From Eledone cirrhosa (Eukaryota): a DNA stretch of 64,000 nt. The stretch covers positions 70,742,001 through 70,806,000 of the forward strand of contig OZ024742.1 in assembly GCA_964016885.1 (NCBI GenBank), read 5' to 3'. Below the pieces are notes generated by a model that made no database searches, had not been told where the DNA came from, and saw nothing but the letters and a program-made list of their open reading frames with translations. Both the position numbers and the translations under genes were made by a program. Of the stretch, positions 12,173 to 22,586 are shown piece by piece (the stretch's first letter is position 1; each line of letters opens with the position of its first letter).

Positions 12173-12403
12173 TATATATATACTACCTATACTATGTATT
12201 TATCTATCATTTCCCAGAAAACGCAAATATTTCACAATAAAACTATGTATATATGTATATGAGTGTATATATATATATATATATCCATCGTTTCCCATAA
12301 ATTCCTGTATAGTACAGATCCCACAGGTAATCTATTGTGACTTGATATATTTTTCAATGAAGTGTATTCATGACTAATTAAGTCAGTATTCTAAGATAAT
12401 TTA

Positions 12404-12532
12404 TTCTACTTTTGGCACAAGGCCAGCAATTACTCAGTACATTACTGGTACTTTATTTTATCGACCCCGTAAGGATGAAAGGCAAAGTTAACCTCGGCGA
12501 TATTTGAATTCAGACTATAAAGGGCCGTAACT
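12404..12532 (-). mobile_element. SINE family 1, 5'-truncated
   Basis: Matches family consensus CGACCCCGTAAGGATGAAAGGCAAAGTTAACCTCGGCG. Confidence 0.85.
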
Positions 12533-13213
12533 CTTGATATCACAATTGTTTGGTTTATTTAATGCGTGAATACGTATATGACAAGTTAAATGAGCATTCT
12601 AATTGAATACAAAATTGACATTGCTATCATTTTCCACTTGTACAAGTACATTTGTGAATAGTTAAGACAGAATTCTGAGAGAATATTTTCCAAACAATTT
12701 ACAATTATTAAGTTGTGAATATGCATATGATGTGTTGAATAAACTGTCTGAGAAAATGTCAGGCTACAGAGCCCAGCAATAGTCAAGACACAATTATGAG
12801 AAATATGTTACCAAACAACACACATTGGTTTGGTTTATTTAATATGACAAGTTAAATGAATACTCTAAGAGAATGTTTAACTTCAGAAGTCACTGGCAGT
12901 AGTAGTAATGGCATAATTATATGTGGGCAGTCCACCCTGGATAGTATTTTAATCTACCACATTGAAAAATTGTTTTCTTGTTTGTTGGGACAGTAGGAGA
13001 ACAAGCACCTGACGCAATTTTATTTTTTCATGGAAACAATGCTTACAGTTTTGGGGGAGAAAAGAGAGGGGGAAAGCTCAAGGATTTCCTAACTACAATA
13101 CAACCCATTGTACTATGGTTTCTCACATGTGTGATAATATTTTTGAATAGTCAATTTACTGTCATTAGAAAATAAATTACCTGAATTAGTTGATAAAGCA
13201 TAATACTGATGTA

Positions 13214-14491
13214 TTATGATTTTTCAACTGTGTGTGTACTTATGTGTCTAGTTAAATGAAAATTACGAGAAAATTTTTTACCACAGATATCACAGTGGTA
13301 TGGTTTCTCACCTGTATGTATTCGTTTGTGAATGGTTAAATTAGAATTTGTAGAAAATGTTTTATCACAGATATCACAAAGGAACACTTTCTCACCTGTA
13401 TGAGTAAGTATGTGAGACGTTAAACTAGGCTTCTGAGAGAATGTTTTACCACAGATATCGCAGGAGAATGGCTTCTCTCCTGTATGACTACGTTTATGAA
13501 TGGTTAATTTATCATTACGAGAGAATGTTGTACCACAGATATCACAGTGGTATGGTTTCTCACCTGTGTGAATACGTTTATGAACAGTCAAATCACTATT
13601 ACAAGAAAATGTTTTATCACAGATATCACAGTGGTATGGTTTCTCACCTGTGTGAGTACGTTTGTGAATAGTTAAAGTATTTTTTCGAGGGAATGTTTTG
13701 CCACAGATATCACACTGATATGGTTTCTCACCTGTATGGCTACGTTTGTGAATAGTCAATTCACCATTGCGGGAGAATGTTTTACCACAGATATTGCAGT
13801 AGAATGGTTTCTCACCTGTGTGTGTACGTTTATGATTAACCAAATGTACATGTGTATAAAATTTGTTACCACAGATATCACAGTGAAATGGTTTCTCACC
13901 TGTGTGACTACGCTTGTGAACAGTCACTTGACTATTGCGTGAGAATGTTTTACCACAGATATCACACTGGTATGGTTTCTCACCTGTGTGAGTACGTTTG
14001 TGAATTGTCAAAACACCATTACGTGAGAATGCTTTCCCACAGACATCACAGTGGTATGGTTTCTCACCTGTGTGAGTACGTTGGTGAGTAGTCAAAATTC
14101 CGATGTAAGCGAATGTTTTACCACAGATATCACAATGGTATACTTTCTCACCTGTGTCAGTACCTTTCTTACTCGTCAAATGTTGATTGCAAGAAAACGT
14201 TTCACCACAGATTGAGCAATTACATTGTGACTCACCTGTGAGAGTAGATTTATACAATGACAAAGAATTGTTTGCTGGAAACCTTTTATCACAAATTTTA
14301 CAAATGTAAACATTTGAACTTATGTGATATGGTTTGTGTTCACTAATGTCCTTACGCTTTATGTATATCTTTGTATTGATGTCACAGTGGTATGGTTTCT
14401 TATCTACATCTTCCTCAGTTTGGTGAGAAAATTCATTATTCTCACATTGTGTTTCTTCATAAACTTGATTCTTACCGAGTCTCTCCTCCAT
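13214..14491 (-). CDS. C2H2 zinc-finger protein (ZNF-2), 425 aa, 11 intact and 2 degenerate fingers
   Basis: Intact ORF, TGEKPY linkers, leader MEERLGKNQVYEETQCENNEFSHQTEEDVDKKPYHCDINTK. Confidence 0.95.
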   Translation of the reverse strand: MEERLGKNQVYEETQCENNEFSHQTEEDVDKKPYHCDINTKIYIKRKDISEHKPYHISSNVYICKICDKRFPANNSLSLYKSTLTGESQCNCSICGETFSCNQHLTSKKGTDTGEKVYHCDICGKTFAYIGILTTHQRTHTGEKPYHCDVCGKAFSRNGVLTIHKRTHTGEKPYQCDICGKTFSRNSQVTVHKRSHTGEKPFHCDICGNKFYTHVHLVNHKRTHTGEKPFYCNICGKTFSRNGELTIHKRSHTGEKPYQCDICGKTFPRKNTLTIHKRTHTGEKPYHCDICDKTFSCNSDLTVHKRIHTGEKPYHCDICGTTFSRNDKLTIHKRSHTGEKPFSCDICGKTFSQKPSLTSHILTHTGEKVFLCDICDKTFSTNSNLTIHKRIHTGEKPYHCDICGKKFSRNFHLTRHISTHTVEKS

Positions 14492-15813
14492 AATGTCATT
14501 TCTTGTTCACAAAACAAATATAATTCCTTCTTTATATTCTTCTTTTTTTTAAGTCATTTTAGAAATGTATAAAGTAAAGTGACAGTATGATTAACATACT
14601 AGAGCACAAGGTCATGAGATTAAAACTTACTGCTGATAATACAGTCTATTTTCTCAGACAATAAAAAATTAAAATGTGAAAATATCTGTAGTTACGCCTC
14701 AACTATACATAAATTTTTTAAATATATTTGTAGACAAATACATTCTCTCGGATTTTAATTTTGTAATTAAATCTAATCAACTGAAAGATGGCTATATTTG
14801 TTCCAGTACTCAAAATATATGAAGCTACATATGGTGTTGGTTAAGTTTTCTATTAAATTTCTGAAGTTCCATCATTATTCAGAATAATCCAGGAAATATA
14901 ATTCCAATCAACTTGGAAAAGTTTCTGTTAAGTTTGATAACCTCTGTCACACGTATTCTCCATAAAGTAATTTCTTCAGTTTTCGCATTCTTTATAAATT
15001 TGTTGGTGTGTGTTGTGTAAGAACTTGTCACATTAATGGTACCAGATAAGCTAAAATATATAGACAGTAGGATATATAAGGGATTATTAAATGTCAACAC
15101 AAAGTGTATGAGAGGTAACTTGCATAGAGATATTGATATATAGAACAAGAAAGAGAGAGAGGCAATTTTTTCAGAGAAAATATACATAGTATAGATGTAT
15201 GGATTGTCAGTAAGATAATCAGGTAGGTTACTTTATCTAATTTCATAAAAAAATGGCATTATTATTATTATTATAGAAAAAAACACCCTCTCACGATTTC
15301 AGTAGGAAATAATTTTTTCTTTTTTTTTTTCGGAGGAGGTGGTGAGATGTGACCCCTATGAAATCAAGTCGGAAACGACTAGCTTTGTAGAAAAAGGAGG
15401 AGGAAAAGGGAACCGAAAAACAGTTTTGTGGGAAATAATTATTTTTCCTTTTTTTTTTTTTCCGGGTGCTATCAACTAATCTGGCCTCCTTACCTTCCAC
15501 AAAGTTCTTTTTTACCTCGGAAAACTGAGGAGAGGGGGGGGGGGGGTTAGGGTGATCCGAGAAAAAAGACCTTTTGCAGAAGTTTCGGAGATCAGATTAG
15601 TTGATAGTACACTCAAAAATAAAAAGGGGAAACAAATATAATAAAGAAGAGGTACATTTTTTGTCCATACTTGAACTAACAGAAGGGATTTTATTTACAA
15701 CAAAAGACATGATGCCAGACCTAACAACTTCTATAAACCCAAACAGGGAGTACATGAAAAAAAGAGCCCCAAAACTGGGAGAAGTGAGACAAAATGGGGA
15801 GATTTTAAATAAT

Positions 15814-16144
15814 TGTTTCTACTTTAGGCACAAGGCCAGCAAATTACTCAGTACATTACTGGTACTTTATTTTATCGACCCCGTAAGGATGAAAGGCAAA
15901 GTTACCCTCGGCGGGATTTGAACTCAGTACTGCCAATTCACCACCGGGGAGATTTTAAATAATTGTTTCTACTTTAGGCACAAGGCCAGCAATTATCCAG
16001 TGCATTACTGGTACTTTATTTTATCGACCCCGTAAGGATGAAAGGCAAAGTCAACCTCGGCGGGATTTGAACTCAGATCGTAAAGGGACGTAACTATGCT
16101 GGAAAGCATGGCGTCCGACCCTCTACCGATACTGCCAATCCACC
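15814..16144 (-). mobile_element. Two tandem SINE family 1 copies
   Basis: Copies at 15814-15945 (internally deleted) and 15964-16144, separated and flanked by three copies of GGGRAGATTTTAAATAAT. Confidence 0.9.
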
Positions 16145-16809
16145 GGGAAGATTTTAAATAATGAAAGCTATAACCCACTTTCACAAGAGAAGATATCTCT
16201 CACACACCCCAAAAGGAGATTTGAAATTCAAATCTCCCCGTCTCTGTTTAGTTGAATCTATTATCTAAACGGAGACATGAGTTAGTATGTTGAAGCAATT
16301 ATAATTCATGTCATTAATATACACATTTCTCTCCATATATAGTTCATTCTGTATATATCAAACTAAAAATTCAGCTAACTACAGGTTTTACACCTAACTT
16401 GGGGTCAATAAAGATTACAGTTGGGGATAGTGAGCCAAGTTCAAAATATCAAATACTGTGTTAGAAACATGATATACACACTATTGGATATATGTTCTTC
16501 TCTAAGTTAAAACATTTCTCCTCTGGGTTGTTATTCTCACTGTATAAAAAATCTGGGAGAGTAACTGAAGTGAGGAATCTGATGGAAAATTAATTTTAAA
16601 TGGATCCATAGTAGTGAAAATGTTGGAAACCATTGCTCTTAAACATCCCAAACATGACCAGCCTGTAATTTTCTGTAAGACTATATTGTCCAATGTTTCT
16701 TTCCTTACTTGTTCAGTAACAGGTCAATCATTAAGAATTAAGAGTAATAGGAAGGTGATTTAGCTGCTATTTTTAGCAGGTCAAGGGATCACATAGATAT
16801 TTCATATTT

Positions 16810-17320
16810 GGCTCGGATTTAACGAAAACTGGAATGGTGTATTGAAAAACGAAATTTACTTAACATCCTTACTTTCGTAAAGTATCTTTGGCATTTTCTT
16901 TAGTTTCTTTCCTTTATCTCAATAACCACATCCAAAGAAATAGATGCACTTAAAATATTACATATACAATATAAATAATTATATTAATAATACTTACATA
17001 TTAAAACAGACCAAATGTAGAATATGTCACTTATACTTATGTAGGGAGAACCTAAGTTAGAGTGGACAATGACAGATTCAAGAGAACATCAATCTATTAC
17101 AGCAAACGTTAATTTATATTTTCTCACTAATATAATAAAGAATGACGCATCTATTTCATTACGCAATAAAATACCAATCAGCTATATTTAATCAGATCTT
17201 CTAAATTATTGTTGTACATGGAGATGTCAAAATAGAGATATGTATAAAGCAACATAACAGGAAGTGAATAGAATTTGGGGAGATTTAACTGTCATGGGAA
17301 GTAACTCTATAGTTAGTTCA
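16810..17320 (-). promoter_or_regulatory. Putative first exon and promoter module of ZNF-2
   Basis: GTAAGT donor on minus strand at 16992-16997; CAGGAAGTGAA at 17258; GGGAAGTAACTC at about 17296. Confidence 0.55.
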
Positions 17321-17412
17321 TAAAGTCAAGATTTATTGCTTCATCACAATTAGAAAATATATCCCCTCTTTCTACATATTGAAATATTTTTTTAAATGGC
17401 TTTTATTTTATG

Positions 17413-17705
17413 CGGAGGTGCATTGCAATCGCGAGGTTGTGAGTTCGATTCTTGGGCCGGGTGATGCGTTGTGTCCTTGAGCATTTTATTTCATGTTATT
17501 CCAGTTCACTCACCTGTAGAAATGAGTTGCAACGTCACTAGTGCCAAGCTGTATCAGTCATTCCCTTGGACTTCATCAGTGACATGAAGAGGGGAGACTG
17601 GTATCCATGGGCGACTGCTAGTCTTCCACAAATAACCTTGTACATCGGAGGGGAACTTCCTAGGTGCAAATCCCACGGTCATTTCGGGGCCCAAGAGGGT
17701 ATTTA
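17413..17705 (+). mobile_element. tRNA-derived SINE (family-2-like head and core, different tail)
   Basis: GTGAGTTCGATTC B box; core GTGTCCTTGAGCA..TTTATTTCA..CCAGTTCACTCACCTGTAGAAATGAG. Confidence 0.65.
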
Positions 17706-17739
17706 TACAAATAAACAATTCATATTTTAAAAAGTGGGA

Positions 17740-18290
17740 GAAGACACGCACATAGTTTCCTTCTATTGGGTTTTTAAGGCAAGCCAAAACACTCGCAATA
17801 TTACTGCATGTTATAGCGGACGCCGTTGTCAGCAGTCAGCTTTCCCAAACATCTATACCATTTTGTCAATATTTTTTTCAAACTCTAAATAACATTATTC
17901 AATGCACAAAAATCTCATAATGTCATGAAAGGCCACTGACATTATATAAAAATAATTGAGCAGTATCTAATAAAAACAAAACACTACTAAAGGGAACAGA
18001 AAAGAAAGAAGGATCAAGCAAATGAGATGGGAGAGGCAGTGAGTGTACAATCTGAGCGGTGCCTCAGCTGCGCCTGGCAGATAAAACGGCAAAAGCGATA
18101 CCGCGGAGAATGGCCAAAGACACCCCACCTCGCGGGGGCTCCTTCCTCAAGCGAGCTGTCGTCTTTCCGACTTTACGGAGGAAATTAGCAATGCCGGAAC
18201 CAACGACGCCAGAGGTCTCGATGGAAACTAGTGCAAAGAAGAAGCGGTGGCCGACGAACAACATCAATAAAATCATCATGGAGGAAATCT
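17740..18290 (-). mobile_element. CRE-like (restriction-like endonuclease) non-LTR 3' fragments
   Basis: FFALVSIETSGVVG..ANFLRKVG; similarity to 57.1 kb and 54.2 kb copies. Confidence 0.55.
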
Positions 18291-19089
18291 CTCACCGTTT
18301 CCTAGGTTACAGCTACTGCGCTACGAATCATGCTGGGACACTATTTTGAACGTTTTAGTTGGTCGAATCCATCCTAGTGCTTCTTGCAATCACATACTTC
18401 TTTTTATCGATCTCTATTGATTCACTAAGATAATGATAAATTTATAGAAAGCACCTGCAGAAGGTTCTCCTAAGAGATTTTCTAGATTTTCCGTGTTTTC
18501 AACCAATTTGACCTACATGCTCGCAATCGACTTTTTCTTTTTCAGAAAAAGGGAATTGTTGACCCTCGGAGATTTCTTTGGTGCGAATTTTTCGTTTGTT
18601 TTCATCTGACTCGCTTGTAAATAAACAACCAAATTCTTGAAAAAATATTTATTGGTTTACAATTGTTTCAAAGGCCAGACCATAATTCGATCCATAAAAA
18701 TAAATAAAACTTATCAATTTTTGAATTGATAAGTTCAGGTGATATAAAAACCAAACTACAATTGGATGGGCACACTGTCCTCTTCGCTACTGGCTTATAA
18801 TTATCACAGCTAACCTCTAATCTCTCCTTTTTGATTGGTTTGTACACTTACATTTGATACATATATATCATCATCGTTTAACGTCCATTTTCTACGCAAA
18901 CATTGGTTATACATATATATATATGTAGAGATGGAATTTATTTTAGTTGTATCATGTGAAGACTTGGTTTGGGTTTGGTATTATTGTTCGTTGTTTACTT
19001 TGGTATGGCGGATGTTGAGGGGTGATTATATAAGGGGGAATTTGTCCAGGAACCATTTCAAGGTTGTAAAATCAGTCAGCTGGAATTTG

Positions 19090-19735
19090 CAGATAACATG
19101 GTATTACTTAACATGACAGAAGATGATCTTTGACTTGTACTTGATAGGTTTATCGCCAAGTGCTGCATGGCTGGAATGAAAACCAGTTCTGCGGAAACTG
19201 AGACACTCATCCTCTCAATGAAGTCTGCGCAGTGCTCTCTACACGTGAATAGAGTTCCATTGAAGTAGATGAAGACATTCAAGTATCTCGAGGCCCTGTT
19301 CATAAGTGATGAAAGGCAAGAGGCTAAATTAAGCGCAAGAATATAGGAGCTGATGTAGTAATGCGCCAGCTTCAGCATTCAGTAATCAGAAGAGGGTAGG
19401 TGTAAAAGCCAAACTCGCTATCTTCAATAGCTCAGAAATCAGAGTCACTCCAGGTAGAGCTGCTACTTCTCTGAATTGAGAGATCATAGCTCCAGTACTA
19501 TGGGTATGTGATTAGAATGCCTCCGGAAAGAATTGTTAGACAGATTTTATGTGCAAAACCAACCAGCAGGAGACACAGGGGTACATACTGAGCAAGATCA
19601 CTGGATAACATCCATGCTTGGCTGGTCTTGCTTGGGAATCCAGTTGGATCAGTTGAAGATGGTTGTTTCTGACAGGACCTGCTGGATGGTGTTTGAGCAC
19701 TCTTCCCCCATACCCCCTCATGAATAATTGGGCGA
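19090..19735 (+). mobile_element. Degraded RTE-clade (Expander/Rex3-like) LINE C-terminal fragment
   Basis: FKYLE.LF.S, ARIGA, YGYVIRMPPERIVRQI remnants. Confidence 0.65.
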
Positions 19736-19939
19736 AGAACCACCATTTCAAAGTTATGAGGTTTACTTTTTCCTTGATTCATTTCAGAATAGTGTGGAGG
19801 TGTAGGCATCCTACTAGCTGAGAAATGGATAGATATGGTGATAGAAGTAGTTAGAGTGACAGAATCATCAAGCTAAAAGGTTAAACTACTTTTATGACTA
19901 AATAGGAAGATATAGTTGTAGACATAGATATATATGTAG

Positions 19940-21763
19940 TAATACTAGAGGGGGCCATACCAAAAGATTGGTGCAGTAGCATCATTGTCAACTGCTACAA
20001 AGGTAAAGGCGATGCACTAGATAGAGGAAACTATAGAGGTATAAAGTTGATGGACCAGGTCATGAAAGTAACAGAAAGAGTTATAGCACAGCTGATTAGG
20101 GACCGGGTGAATATAGACGAGATGCAATTTGGGTTTGTACCAGGGAAAGGCACCACTGATGCCCTCTTCCTTGTGAGGCAATTACAGGAAAAGTACCTAG
20201 CTAAAAGTAAGCCACTCTACTTGGCATTTGTCGACCTTGAGAAAGCCTTTGACAGAGTTCCACGTGCAGTAATCTGGTGGGCTCTTAGAAAACTAGGAGT
20301 AGATGAATGGCTTGTGAAAGCGGTACAAGCCATGTATAGGGGAGCAGTCAGCAAAGTTAGGATTGGCAATGAGTATAGCGAGGAATTTAGCGTACAGGTT
20401 GGGGTCCACCAGGGCTCTGTTCTTAGCCCTCTCCTGTTCATCATAGTCCTGCAGGCAATAACGGAGGAGTTTAAGACCGGATGCCCATGGGAACTCCTGT
20501 ATGCTGATGACCTTGCACTCATAGCTGAATCTATGGTAGAACTAGAGAATAAATTCCAAACCTGGAAGCAGGGACTAGAGAGAAAGGGCCTCAAAGTCAA
20601 CATGACAAAGACTAAGGTCCTTATAAGTAGACGAGAAAACAGAACCCAGATCCCCTCAGGGAAATGGCCTTGCTCAGTATGTAGGAAAGGTGTAGGTAGG
20701 AACTCCATTCTCTGCCCCAAATGCAAACAATGGGTACACAAGAGATGTAGCGGGATCTCAGGAAGCTTAATTAAGAATGTAGGATTCACATGCAGCAGCT
20801 GTGCTGAAACAGCAAGCAAACAGCCACAGGAAACAAGTACCACCAATCTCTGGGAGGGCCCTGTAGAAACAGTAGACAGCTTCTGCTACCTAGGTGACCG
20901 AATTAGCAACGGAGGTGGGTGCTCAGAAAGTACAATAACTAGGGTAAGAACGGGATGGAAGAAGTTTAGGGAACTACTACCACTGCTAGCTGCAAAAGGC
21001 TTCTCCCTCAGAATGAAAGGCAGACTGTATGATGCGTGTATCCGAACAGTGATGTTGCATGGTAGTGAGACCTGGGCGCTGAAGGTGGAAGACTTACGTA
21101 GATTAGAGAGAAACGAAGCCTGCATGCTCCGATGGATGTGTAACAGTAATATACGTGAACGACAAAGCATAAAGGAATTGAGAGAGAGACTGAGCATAAG
21201 AGGAATCAAATGCTGCGTGCAGGAGAGGCGGTTACGCTGGTATGGACATGTGATGCGTATGAAGGATGACAGCTGCATAAAAAGGTGCAGAGCACTAGAA
21301 GTTGATGGAAACCGCGGAGTGGGGAGACCCAAGATGACTTGGGATGAGGTGATAAAAGCCGACCTTACCCAACTACACCTCTCAAAGTCAATGACACACG
21401 ACCGTGACTTCTGGCGTCACGCAGTAATACAGGGTAGCCGACCTCCCATGGGTACATGCTGAAGCATATAAACAATATGCCCCCCCCCCCCCCCCCCCCA
21501 CCGCAAGGTGGTCGTGGAGGTGCCACGGCAAAAAATCACCCAGCCCACACTGTAAAGTGGACGTGTAGGCGCCACGAAAAAGCACCCAGCACTCACTGTA
21601 AATGAGGTTGGTGTTAGGAAGGGCATCCAGCTGTAGAAATCAAGCCAGATCAGTTCCTGTATGAGCAAGGCATGGTCAGCCGACCAGACACTGCCCACAA
21701 CAGGACAACCCATCTAACCCATGCTAGCGTGGAAGAACGGACGTAAAACGGTGATGATGATGA
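19940..21763 (+). mobile_element. RTE-type LINE subfamily A, 5'-truncated, uninterrupted RT frame with PHD-like finger
   Basis: ORF 20047-21462: [35 protein letters not shown]4HC3 finger, RRLRWYGHV; 3'UTR ends in (GAT)n. Confidence 0.95.
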
Positions 21764-22586
21764 TAGTTGCATTTTTGTGCATCTCAGACAGATCCATAGA
21801 AGCTTCCTTGTGGGCTGTCATCCAGGCAGGGAATAACAGAAAAAACAAACTTTAAAACGATATTTACTAACACACAATTTAAAAAATAAGTGAAATATTA
21901 CAATAAAATCAATCAATAATTGATATTTTATAAAATTTTAAAGTAAATTTATTTTTCCGACAGATAGATTTACAAAAAATATACTTCTACAGCAATTCGG
22001 CTACCTTCATAATACATATAATTCACAGTAAATGAAAAAGGGAATACAAATAGATTTGTTAGATGGATTATCAACTGATTGTAGCAATAAAATTGTGATA
22101 ACTGTGTACTCAAAACAGATATTAAAAATATTCCCAAATAAATCAGAAAGTTGATTTAATATTTTTATAAACATGAGCTGCAGCATTTATCTATGATAAA
22201 AAGTAACATTTCTATATTGTATATATATATACACAATATCAAATACCACAGAGATACGATTTCTCACTTGTAAGGGAACATTCCTGAATAGTTATTTTCG
22301 CATGACAAATGATTTATCTTATGTAATAGAACAATTGTCTGGTTTCTGATCTGTATTGGGATATATTGGTGACAAGTTGTGTCATCATTACATGATATTT
22401 TACCAGAGCTATCAAAGTGGTACGGTATCTAACCAATGCGAGTATATTTGTGAACAGTCATGTCACTATTATAAGAGAATGCTTTATCACACACATTGTA
22501 GATATTATACTTGTGGTACAGTTGTGAATAGTCCCTTTGCCATTATGAAAGAATACTTTACTATATATAACACAGGAATATAGTTT

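Noticed and set aside
15285-15600. Homopolymer-rich insert in the ZNF-2 intron
   Set aside because: Looks like a noisy or degraded repeat, possibly low-quality consensus; could not be assigned.
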